Shown: positions 36,483 to 48,330 of the stretch, one piece after another
Position numbering within the stretch: position 1 is the first letter of the stretch
How the letters are laid out: each line of letters begins with the position of its first letter
Assembly: GCF_001194135.2 (NCBI RefSeq)
Contig: NC_068988.1
Coordinates: 878,972 to 930,180, forward strand
Length of the DNA stretch: 51,209 nt
DNA from: Octopus bimaculoides
Taxonomy: Eukaryota
Direction of reading: 5' to 3'
Position numbers and translations under genes: made by a program
Notes under the pieces: model-generated
Told to the model about the DNA's origin: nothing
Seen by the model: only the letters and a program-made list of their open reading frames with translations
The model's database searches: none

Positions 36483-38553
36483 GGTAACTTGGCAACAAAC
36501 AAGATATTTTCATTGCANNNNNNNNNNNNNNNNNNNNNNNNNNNNNNNNNNNNNNNNNNNNNNNNNNNNNNNNNNNNNNNNNNNNNNNNNNNNNNNNNNN
36601 NNNNNNNNNNNNNNNNNNNNNNNNNNNNNNNNNNNNNNNNNNNNNNNNNNNNNNNNNTTTAAGTTAACATCTAATGTTTGCATAGTAATAACTGTCGAGG
36701 CAGAAATCAATAAGAGTGTCTGTGAAACCAACGAGAGAGAAAAAATGCTTTATGTTAAACCAGTAAAAAACAAAGTTCAAATCTACACATAAAGAAGGAT
36801 TTTATTTTATATTGATTAAAATCAACGAACCGATATCGACTCTGAAGTAAAAAAAAAAAAAATAATGGAAAAAAATTCTTGAGATGGCGACAGTTAAGTT
36901 TGTATAACTCTCCATTTTCATTTCTGCACACAAAGCGAAAATAAAAGACCGTGACTGCGAAGAATCTCTACCAAGTCGTTCACTATGTTAGAAGAACCGT
37001 CCACATATATTCTTCGTTTCCTATTGCAACGATCCAACAAGGGAGTCACTATGTGGGGGTTAACTCTGCTAGAAACAGCAACCAAACCTACCTCAAATCA
37101 GACACTAGAGTCTTAGACAATGAAGGAACACACAATGTAGGTCTAGAATGCCTTTGATCATGAGTGTTTTAGGACCACTTTTAACCCGGGGCTAAACTCA
37201 ATAATAATTGTCATTCACATTGTATATGTAGTCGATTAAATCGTCGTTAGGGGGTCGGCTAGTTTTAACTGGAAAGATGACAGGCAAAACTGACTCCTGA
37301 GGGATATGAGTTCGGAACGCAGCGGGGTGTAAATACCGTGAGGTATTCTGTCAGGTTGTACCAAATTACGAGAGAGAAAAAATACATCAAACAGAGAAAT
37401 ATCTAGATTTGACATGAAGCAGAACAACAACATTAAGTTCCACTGAGCCGTGAAGATTTTTGCGAAAATAAAATGAAAACTGCTGACGTGTGGATAGCGA
37501 AGTTTTTTGAAAAATCAGCAGAAGAAAGGATGAAGAGTGAAAAAACATCCAAAAAGTGAAGAAATTGGAGTAAAAGAGATTAGAGAAACTAAGGAGTAAA
37601 CTTGTTGAAATGGCAGGGAAAAAAAAAAAGTTTAACTTGTAGCGAAAAATCGGAGCGGCTAATTAAGCATAATTTGATGTAATGAGGTGAAAGCGAGTTA
37701 GACGGATGGGTGTGACATGGTGATGCGATGGGAAGAACGGAAATAGACTGGAAACTCATTAAAAAATGAACAAAGAGACGTCTGTGTGAGTTTAGATTGA
37801 AAGAGATAAAAGAAAAAAAAGAAGGTTGTGAAGGTAGAAGAAAGAATGAGGGAAATCAAACGGGGGAGGATAGGGATCTGAAAGCTCTTGGGTGGTAATT
37901 TAGTTTATTAGCACTAATTAAAAAAATACAATAGGAATATCATTTATATAAAAATACAATTATATGAAATTTCTCATATATATATGTTGTTCTTCACACA
38001 CACACACGTGTATGTGTGTGTGACGATAAACTTAAATCAGAGTCTTGGTGTATAATTAATTATCATGTGGAAAGTGAATAATAAATACGAAGATATTTGT
38101 TTTTCCGCATTAAACATCAAAATTTGAAATATAAAACTGGTGGAAAATGTTTTTGTTTTGCTGGGCTTTTTTGTGTTTTTTAAAGAGAAAAATGGTGTTA
38201 AAGGAATATTACCAAAGGCCTCTACTATTTTGCGTTTCAATAGATTTCTCTACGTGTATTTATTCTAAGAATGGTTATGAAAACTCTACATCTTGTTACA
38301 GCAACATTGTTTCGTGCCATGCACCTTTGTCAATTGCATAAATGTGTGCAGCCAGATGCAGTTTAATTTGCGTCTTGAGAATATCCTGGTATGTATGTAT
38401 GTATGTAGTATATTTGTGTATATATATGTATAAATATACGGGTGTGCGTGTAGTGCATATGTGTATATACGTACGTGTATGCAAATATGTATGGTTGTAT
38501 GTAAATATGTTTGTATAATAAATATTTGTGTACGTGTGTAAATATTTATATGG

Positions 38554-38588
<35 letters not shown>

Positions 38589-40200
38589 TATGTATTTTTA
38601 ATGTCTGTGTATGCATGTGTGTTATTCCAGGTTGGTATTGCAGTGGTGCCGTATAGAAGAACTGTCAAAACATTGCAGGTTTTCAGAAGAAAGAGAAAGA
38701 AACGTGAAGATATTCGATGACGTAAATCTTTCGACACCGCAAAGAGAAATGCTGTTGTTTTGTTTGGATGTTAACAGCAGTGTGTTGTTATATCGGCGGA
38801 ATTAATATTATACTAACCACAGTCAGAGTAGATTGTAAAATTCACAAATAATACCAGACAGATGTTATATATTCATGTCTGAAATTACTTTATTTACAGA
38901 TATTCGACTACAATTAAAGAATATTTACTCTGCAAGTTCTCAAGAGACGAAACTTTTGGGGTTTTTTTTTTCTTAAACGTTGAATGAAATACATTTATAA
39001 AAAAAAAAAACAATTTCACAAAGAAATGCGTAAATGTGGGACGAAACACGTAAATAAAAAAAAAGCATAACCATTGTAATATAACGAACGAAGCAACGAG
39101 GTAAAAATCTACGTGGTGTCGTAAGCTGCTAGAAATAGCAGCTAAATCTCGTTAACCTCACGTTTTAAAAAGACGTGTGACATGAAGGAGACCTAGATAG
39201 ATTATGCCTGAAAAAAAGTGAGATGCCACGAATGACAAGTGTTTTGATTATTCAGAGCCCGTCTGGGGGATAAATCTCAACTATATATATATATAATTGG
39301 GTTAAAAAAATTTTTTAAATAAATAAAAATAAAATAAATAAATAAGGATAAAAGTTTGAACAATATCTCTCTTGTTTAAAACTAAATTATTGCCTTATAA
39401 TAAATCGATGTCTGATATGTACAATTAATTTCTAAAAATATGTATTTTTTAATATTATAGAAAACAAATTCATAACAGCGGAAGTGTAAAAACGAAGACA
39501 TAAACTAAACTGAATGTAATTAGATTCAGATCCAGTAAAATTGTAGTCGTTAAAAATTGACGCTAGAAGAGAAATTTACTTGATTAAATGACATGGGTAG
39601 AGGAAACCCACTACCTCTGCCACCCAAAATGGTTTTAATAGAAATAGGACATGTGGAACAGAGAGACATACACACAGAACAGAAAACAGATGCTTGTCTG
39701 AGAGTATTTGTGGAGTTTATTAAAGCTTAATAAGTAATTTAAAGGGTTAATATGGATGTTGAGGAGAAAAATTAATATATAAAGTTATATATTAGAATTA
39801 CTTTTGTTTTGATTAGTTTAAGAGGAATGTTAGAAAAGGAAAATATTGCTTCTTCTTCTTCTAAGTCTAGCAGCTGTCAACAGAACAATTCTGATTTTTG
39901 TATCACTGCTAAAAGGCTTGATCTTATTCGGGCATTATTAGTAGATACCATAAACTAAGTTCATATAAATTACAACAATTTTGACATTACTAAACAGTGG
40001 TCAACCGTCAGCTCGTAAATTAATCAATGTTTAATAGAGAGAAAGAGAGAGGATTAATAAATGAGAAAAGCGATTTCAGCTGTGGTTGGGGTTTTCAATG
40101 GGAGCTCACCGGTTTCTAACACCAAACACTTGGCAATAAAAAACAAAGTCATTCAGTAATCATAAAAGACATGCTAAAGATAAAAAGATCAATGAAATAC

Positions 40201-40340
40201 CTAAATCCAGTATCGTAAGAGCCAAGTGCGTATCTTTCAGCAGACAGAGACAGTAACAATCCATTGAACACTCGACGTGGCAACCATGGAAGCTGCCATC
40301 TTGCAGCTGTACGGGCCGCTTACAACATTCGCTTTATTAC
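40201..40340 (-). promoter_or_regulatory. Candidate TSS / first exon of a minus-strand transcript
   Basis: Local GC/CpG rise; CAAGATGGCAGC (YY1-like motif) on the minus strand near 40296-40307; donor TTTAG|GTATTT at 40200. Confidence 0.4.
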
Positions 40341-41584
40341 GAAACAATTCTTTGTTTTATTTGATGATAAACTTTCGAAACCTAATTATGGCAATAATTT
40401 TAAGATTATTTCAAACATTACGATCATCTAAATTAGTAATACGACTTCTTCATATCCTTTAGTTGTTTTACTCGTAAGCGACAAATAATTATTAAAGCAT
40501 TTTTCTCCGCATGGTGTCTTACTTTATACACTGAACGCAATTAACTTTTTATTTTCTTATTCTTTTTTGGCGTCAGACATGAGAATTATGCTTCTTTTTT
40601 TTTTTTTTTTCCAGAGACAGAAATGAAGTAAAACGTTTCCGTCTGCCCAGTCTCCCTGAAAAGGTATAGTTTACCCCGAATCTATAGCAAAATGACACTT
40701 AGTCAAAATACCACCCAGGTCCTCCTCGTTACAAACCTAATTTCTTAACTATTCGACCATATCCTCCCCCTAGCCACTCAGGTATATAATAAAATTCGTT
40801 CCAATCTTCGAGTGTACCTTTTCCCCCTATATTCGTGCCCTTGTGTTAATGCTGGAAACCACTATTAAGGCAGAGTAGCAGAAAGGGTTAGAGCTTCCGA
40901 CTGAATACCCAGAACAACTTCGTTACCTTCCTTAATATATTTCGAGTTTGTGATTTACCCTTACTCGAAGAAGGCGATGCTCCAGCATGGCTCAAGCCTT
41001 TAGCTGAAACCAGTACAAAAATAAAAGATCAGTTGGTGTTGCTGATGATGATGATGTTGTTTAGCCTCAGTTCAACTACGATCGAGCAGATATATGAACG
41101 AAGGCGTTCCTACCACGACCATCCAATTTTTTAAAGTGAAACTAAGAATACATTTTGAGTAGGTGATTATGAGGCTGCTATTTCTAGCAGACCGAACAAC
41201 CATTTTTCTTTTATTCTTTTAAAAACTTCAGAAAAAAATAAAAGCTCTTGCAGTTATTATTTTTTTACTTGCTTCAGTCATTGGACTGCGGCCTTGCTGG
41301 AGCACCGTCTTCACAGTTTTGTTCACACAAATGAAGCCCAGGACTTACTTTATGTCTGGTTGTCATTCCATTGATCTCTGTTTGTGAAACAGTTGTGGTA
41401 CAGGGATATAAGCAAACCTACACTGGTTGTCAGCCATAGGAAGACAACACACAGATAGATAGATGGATAGACAGACAGACAGATAGACAGATACATAGAG
41501 AGACACATAGAACAGGGTTCTCACCATTACCATTTGCCAGATTCACTTAACAAGGCAAATGGTTGCCCCGAGACTTTAAAAGAA

Positions 41585-41905
41585 ATTACTACTCCGATGA
41601 TTACAACGATGAAGGTTCCAGATGATCCAATCAACAGAACAGTCTGCTTGTGAAATTAGTATGCAAGTGGCTGAGTACTCCACAGACAAGAATACTACTA
41701 ACGTAATTTTCAGGGAGATTCAACATCACATAGAATGTAAGAAGGCAGGAATTACAGGTAGAACTGACTTTTGCCAGCTGAGTGGACTGGAGCAATGGGA
41801 AGTAAAGTGTCTTGCTCAAGAATACAACATGCTGCTTGGAATTGAACTCATGACCTTACGATCATGAGCCAAATGCCCTAACCATTAAGCCATACACCTT
41901 CCCGT
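41585..41905 (-). mobile_element. Type D SINE
   Basis: Matches 27160-27494. Confidence 0.7.
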
Positions 41906-41964
41906 CAGAATTATAACAGAAGACACTTGCTCCAGGTGCTGCACAGTGGGACTGAACCTAAAAC

Positions 41965-42190
41965 CTCATTCTTTTCGACTCTAGGCACAAGGTTCGAAAT
42001 TTTGGGTGGGGGGGCAGTCATTTAGACTAACTCCAATATGCAACTGGTACTTAATTTATCAGCCTGAAGAGGATGAAAAGCAAAGTCGACCTTGGCAGAA
42101 TTTGAACTCAGAACGTAAAGACAGACGAAATACTGCCAAGCATTTCGCCCGGTGTGCTAATGATTCTGCCAGCTCCCCCTGCCTTATGCC
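41965..42190 (-). mobile_element. Type C SINE, near-consensus copy
   Basis: Full family match including the tRNA-like head. Confidence 0.8.
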
Positions 42191-42359
42191 TCCACCTTCA
42201 CAGGGTCAACGATCTTATCTACACCTCTGAAAGAATGTGTTGACTTTATGCTAGTAAACTGGTTTCTTAGTTTATAAAGAAGAAACAAGGTTACCAGTAA
42301 TATAATGGGGCAGGGCAGTATCTCAGTTGTGTATTGAGTGCACACTATTTTTTTTTTTA

Positions 42360-42518
42360 GGCACAGCCGTAGCTGTGTGGTAATAAGTTTGCTCTCCAAC
42401 GACGTGGTTGAAGGTTCAGTTGCACTAAGTGGCACTTTGAGCAAGTGTCTTCTACTCTAGCCCCAAGCTGACCAAAGCCTTGTGAGTGGATTTGGTAGAT
42501 GGAAACTGAAAGAAGCCC

Positions 42519-42551
<33 letters not shown>

Positions 42552-42960
42552 TCATCATCATCATCATCATCGTTTAACGTCCATTTTTTTCATGCTGATA
42601 ATTACATATATATGAGTTAGAGGTTAGACAACCATCTAAGGGATAATAAATATCCTATATACTATTGGAGGGATACCTATTTATATCCAAATACTTACTA
42701 TTGCAAGGCAATACTACAATTGAATAATTGGTAAACAATTGGAGGTAAACAATACAATTGAATAATAGGTATGTGTGGTGTGTTTGTCCCCCACCACTGC
42801 TTGACAACCAATGTTTGTGTGTTTACATTCCAGTAATTTAGTGGTTTGGCAAAAGAGATCGATGGAATAAGTACCAGGCTTTAAAAAACGGTAAGTACTG
42901 AGGTCAATTCGCTCAATTAAAAATTCTTCAAGACGGTGCCCCAGCATGACTGAAGTGAGT
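42360..42960 (+). mobile_element. Composite SINE: head (42360-42520) + (AT)n/(CAT)n spacer + type B tail (42770-42960)
   Basis: Co-oriented modules. Confidence 0.6.
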
Positions 42961-43003
42961 CGAAGAATATATATTTTTGTCTTTTGAAATTTTGTGCCCA
43001 AAA

Positions 43004-43241
43004 CCTGTAGAACCCTTCATGCACACTACACCACTGCCTGTAGAACCCTTCATGCACACTACACCACTGCCTGTAGAACCCTTCATGCACACTACACCAC
43101 TGNNNNNNNNNNGTAGAACCCTTCATGCACACTACACCACTGCCTGTAGAACCCTTCATGCACACTACACCACTGCCTGTAGAACCCTTCATGCACACTA
43201 CACCACTGCCTGTAGAACCCTTCGTGCACACTACACCACTG
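43004..43241. repeat. 33-bp minisatellite, about 7 copies with a 10-N gap
   Basis: Unit cctgtagaacccttcatgcacactacaccactg, nearly invariant. Confidence 0.95.
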
Positions 43242-43910
43242 ACAGGGACATGTTTAAAGGACCAAAAAGCGAAGACCATCTATTCAAAACTAAATGCTAT
43301 TTTGACCAAGAATGAGTAGAGACACACAGGGAAAGATATTTCATTGTTCATGGCCACTCTGTTTTTACCCAAGGTACATTTCTTTTTTTTTTCCTTTCTG
43401 TTACATCCAGGACCATATAATTCAGAATCTAAGGTGGTGTAATGTGTGAATTAAAACAAATTTCCCCCTTATTTCTAGATAGTCAAATGATCGTATGGAT
43501 ACTTCTTAATGTGGTCATTCAACTTGCTAGAAATAAAAACATCCTTACCATCTTAGATATTATTCTTCATGGTCCTGGATGCCCTCTGCCTGGGAGGAAT
43601 GGCCACAATTGGAATAGCTTTGATTATGTGTCTGCTCAATGTCTTCATTTTCAGATACTTAAAATGGTTTTTAAAAGCTATAAAGAAGACACTTGCTCAA
43701 AGTGCCACTCCAGCCTTCTTCAGGTGTCTTGGGGAAATTTCAAACCTGGGTTCTCATTCCTATGGTATTTTTCGATATTATTATTATTATTGTTATTATT
43801 ATTGTTCAGGTCACTGCTTGGAATTGAGCTCGGAATCTTGGGGTTAGTATCCCATGCTCTTAACCACTACACCATATGCCTGTGGGCAATTATGGAGTGA
43901 ATTTTAGGGC

Positions 43911-44375
43911 TTATAAATCTAATATTTTCCTATCCTTCCTTAATGCCGGTTCCCATATGCTGTTCATATCTGCACTCGGTCTGCTTAGCAGATTATTGTG
44001 TCCTAGCATATGTGCTGCTCCTTTTAGTTTTCTTATTTTCCAGTGGTGTTCTCTGTCTATTATTTTAACTTCATCCCACAGGAGGAAGTTGTCACCATTT
44101 TTCCATACATGATCAGCTATACCCAATTTATCAATATCTCCTTGTGTTACAGCTTTGCAATGTTCGTCTATCCTTATTTTGAGGGGGCGGCATATTTCGC
44201 CTTTGTATAACCTACCACAACTGCATGGGATGGAGTACATGCAGTTCTTAGTCATATTCTCTTCTATTGGTGGTTTTACTCGAAGGAGATATTTGCAAAA
44301 TGTTGTATTACTCTTGAATACTGTCCGTTCCTGATTATCACAAACCCCATCACAATCAAAGAATTCTAAAGACAC
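43911..44375 (-). mobile_element. Penelope-like element fragment, GIY-YIG endonuclease
   Basis: NCMYSIPCSCGRLYKGEICRPLKIRIDEHCK...LWDEVKIIDREHHWKIRKLKGAAHM matches the PLE GIY-YIG layout (VY.IPC..C...YIGET.R.L..R..EH). Confidence 0.85.
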
Positions 44376-44658
44376 TTTCTATTTATTCTTCACTGGTTTT
44401 CAGTCTATTTGGGTTTCTAAGTCCATCACAAAGAATGTCATAGGAACTTTTCCTGAATATTTACATTTATGGAAGAATAATTATCTGTAAAACAAATCTC
44501 TACTGAAATTTTTATATGAGTCTACACATTTATGTATGGCCATAAGCTAAATATATAATTTCTGCCAAGTTATTTTCAACATGGTAGAGTCAACCCAACA
44601 TATGTACATGTACACATATATGCATACATACACACACAAACATATTTATACATATATA

Positions 44659-45540
44659 CAGGGTGCGGTAAATATATTGTCGTCTACATTATGTGAAAAT
44701 GAAAATAACACTAACATCTCATTTTAATAGATATATTTTCCAAAATTACATAAAAATATCTTGAAATTCTAAAGAGTAAATTTATCCAATAAAATCGCCA
44801 TTGGCTTCAACCATTGGCCTCCAGACGACTTCGGAATCTCCTGCAACTCTTCTGGACGGTCTCCTTGTTTAAGTTGGTGAATGCTGCCATAATCCTTGCC
44901 TGCAGTTCATCTTTGGTGCTACAAGGAGTTTTATTGGTCTCTAACTCAACTGTGCCCCACACATAATAATCAAGGGGGTTACAGTCTGGGAAGTTAGGTA
45001 TCAGGGGTGATGTGGTCACAGAAATTGTCTGACAGCCATGACTGGGTTCTCCTGCTTGTGTGGCATGGTACAGAGTCCTGTTGCCAGACATAGGGTCTTC
45101 CAGCAGCCATCCTCTTGACCCAGGGCAGCACTACCTCCACCAGGCACTTGATGTAGGCCACTGTGTTGAGTCTGAAGCTGTGTGGGGAAGATGAATGGAG
45201 GCATAACATCACCTTCACTAGTGATCACTCCAAACACCATGACGCTGACCGGGTGTTTGGTTTTTATCAACCTTTGCTACATGTTTTGAGGACATGTCAA
45301 GCCAACGGTTGTTCTGTGTTCACCATCTCTTCATATTGGAGCTTCTGGCATGAATGCCAAGCAGTACAGTATGTCGTTTCCAAATGTTTGGCAGAGTGAA
45401 TTGTGTGATGGTCCTTTTTTTCTCACAGACAATGCCCAACTGACTCTATGATAGCGTGTAGTCGACAAAATCAAAAACAAACAATGTACATGCACGAAAT
45501 TAAAAATATAAAATGGCGACAATTTACCCATCGCACCCTG
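44659..45540 (-). mobile_element. Tc1/mariner-superfamily (maT, DD37D-type) internally deleted element
   Basis: TA|CAGGGTGCG...CGCACCCTG|TA; frameshifted transposase KHPVSVMVFGVITSEGDVMPPFIF...GRPYVWQQDSVPCHTSRRTQSWL...PDCNPLDYYVW. Confidence 0.88.
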
Positions 45541-45803
45541 TATATATGTTTGTGTATGTATATGTATATATATGTATGTGTATACATTCATATGTACCTT
45601 TGTATATTCATTTATATATGCGTGTGACAGCATCACTTATGCAAGTAACATAGATTACAAAAGAGCTGTCAGCTAATGGAATAAACATCTATTGTCTTAT
45701 TTCACTTCTCTTATCTGATCAATTTTTATACATGCATATATATATATATCTGTCAGTCTGTCTGGCAATTTATACACACACACACACACACACACATACA
45801 TAC

Positions 45804-45835
<32 letters not shown>

Positions 45836-45909
45836 CATCGTCATCATCATCATTTAACGTCAATCCAACCCATGCCAGTATGAACAACAGACAAACGCAT
45901 GTTGATCAC

Positions 45910-46160
45910 TGCCAGCACCATCCGAATGTGGCTGATGCCAGTTCCGCCTGACTGGCTCCCATACCAATGACACTGTAAAAATAAAAAGCACCCACTACAC
46001 TCTCGGAGTGGTTGGCATCAGGAAGGGCATCCAGCTGTGGAATCATTACCAGATCAGATTGGAGCCTGGTGCGGCCTCCTGGCTTGCTAGACCCCAATCA
46101 AACCGTCCAACCCATGCCAGCATGGAATACAGACATTAAACGATGATGATGATGATGATG
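45910..46160 (+). mobile_element. SINE type E module with (GAT)n tail
   Basis: Family core match. Confidence 0.75.
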
Positions 46161-46485
46161 TGTTTGTGTGTGTATAGATTGCCAGAAGACTGACACATAG
46201 ATAGATAGATGTGTGTATGCGTGTGTGTGTGTGTGTGCGTGCATGTGTAAAGACCTATGTGCATAGTTTGAACTGTTTGTCGATTTGATCAAATATCAAA
46301 TAACCCAACCGTTCCCTTCCCCCACCCCATCCCATTGCCAATGCATCACTTCTTTCCTCGGAATCAAAATATAACAGACGTTATCCACAAATGTCAAGAA
46401 ATATAGTTTCAGCAAAGCAGAAAACCATTCAACATTAAATTTGAAACTGAAATACTCAAGCACTTCACTACATACGCCCATGCAG

Positions 46486-46557
<72 letters not shown>

Positions 46558-47294
46558 TCATCATTTAACATCCATTGTCAATGCTGGCATGATATACATA
46601 CATGTGTTTGTGTGTGTGTTTAAGAGTCGTTATTTGCAGTTATAATGAAATACCTTGATGTTTGATGAATGAAACAGACAAACAGCTAAAAGTCTGTGTC
46701 GGTAAATATCTCCACCTCTTCTTAGTTTTATGAAACAATCCAAGAGACAGCAATACGTGAATGAATCATAAACGAATAAATAAAGCTAATAAAGAATTGT
46801 TGTAAATAAAACTTGACCTACATTTCTGTATATACTCCGAGAGATACAGCTCAGTAAATTACAGCACTTTGAGAAATCATACCAGTTCCTGCATTGGTCA
46901 GAGATAATAAGCAATCATTTGCTGATTAATTACATCAAATGTGATCAAACATGAATATATTTGCTAAGATAAGCAATCACCTGAGACCAAATGGAACCAT
47001 ATCTCTCATTAGTTGTATTGTACTCAGCTTTTCAGGTTAAATGACGTTTAATTCAAAACAGATCAATCTGATGTTTTTATCTCTTGGAGAAGTTCAAAAG
47101 TTATTCTTCCCATATTTGGTTATTTCTCATATTTTCATTAAGAGTTTGCAGTCTTTGTTAATCAGTATTAATTATATCATTCTACTTAATAATGAATGAG
47201 ATTACTCACCTACATTTTTTCAGAAACTTTTTTTTTCTTTTTCTTTTATATTTATGAATGACATGTAGTTAAGGTGTGGGAATACAAACTAAGT

Positions 47295-47620
47295 GAAAGT
47301 GTGGCTTACTGGTTAGGGTATTTCGCTCATGATTGTTAGGTCATGAGTTCAATTCCTGGCAGCACATTAAGTCCTTAAGAAAGATCCTTTATTTCACATT
47401 GCTCCAGTACATTCAACTGACAAAAAATGAGTTGTACCTGCAATTCCAAAAAAGACCAGTCTTGTCGCATTCTCTGTCACCCTGAATCTCCCTGGGAACT
47501 ATATTAAAGAGCACGCATGTCTGTGGAGTGCTCAGCCACTTGCACATTAATTTCATGAGTAGGCTGTTCTGTTTATCAGATTAACTGGAGAACTTGTCAT
47601 TGTAACCCATGGAGTGCCAG
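47295..47620 (+). mobile_element. Type D SINE
   Basis: tggcttactggttagg...gagttcaattcctgg; matches 27496-27815. Confidence 0.7.
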
Positions 47621-47876
47621 TTATCCAAACAGAGGTTACTCATGAGTACCAAACTAGATGATATGCCATGATTATTTTCGTAAACCAATTCGTATTCTTC
47701 CAGAGCCAGCAACATGGACAGGAGGCCGAAGGTGGCATTTCAGACTAAAAAACTATCTATGCTATAAACGAAGATGAAAACAAAAATTTGCGCTCAAAAC
47801 TTTTGCAATTCTATTTTCTACATAATGGTGTTAACAAAAGCGATTGAAGAGTAGATGTTTGTAAACCATTCAAGAA

Positions 47877-47917
<41 letters not shown>

Positions 47918-48007
47918 CATTTAAATCTATTTTCAATCTCAATATTTTTGTCGCTTTGAAACTGAGACTTGTTCACTGACAAAAGAGATGCAGCAAGAGT
48001 TTTTGTC

Positions 48008-48055
48008 AGGGTTAGGGTTAGGGTTAGGGTTAGGGTTAGGGTTAGGGTTAGGGTT
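48008..48055 (+). repeat. Interstitial telomeric-type repeat (AGGGTT)8, containing (TTAGGG)7
   Basis: Perfect array, direct reading. Confidence 0.95.
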
Positions 48056-48330
48056 TTGTCATTGTTTCAAAGAAGGAAAATATTTAGACACAAACGAAAT
48101 TTAAATTTTGCAGTGAAAGTAACAGCTTCTGTTGTTCTGGAATTGCTTACAAACATCTTACACACTGCAAATTCTCTTAAATATTCAACCTTACCCTGAC
48201 CCCTATTTACAAAACTTTCCACTCTTTTTCATTTTTTTTTAATTTGATTCTTTATACAGACAATTCTTGCTATTAAAATAAATTCTCTTTAACATTCGTT
48301 TAAATTGTTACGTTATAGAAATAATTATAA

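Noticed and set aside
38629-38805. Plus-strand acceptor TTATTCCAG|GTT followed by short open frames
   Set aside because: No recognisable protein, matching donor or partner exons
34440-43241. Tandem repeats considered as CRISPR-like arrays
   Set aside because: Head-to-tail units with no unique spacers, in a eukaryotic context
42917-43319. Repetitive ORFs (PVEPFMHTTPL)n and (TGSGVVCMKGS)n
   Set aside because: Open only because the 33-bp unit has no stops; no start, splice or homology context
3107-46623. Numerous ORF-track entries rich in CV/HT/YI repeats or X runs
   Set aside because: They are translations of (GT)n/(AT)n microsatellites and N gaps, with no coding signal
47200-47270. Minus-strand donor GTAG|GTGAGT at about 47209
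   Set aside because: Upstream frames are closed or low-complexity and there is no acceptor; an isolated site is not enough
48008-48055. True chromosome end
   Set aside because: Only 48 bp long, with ordinary sequence continuing on both sides
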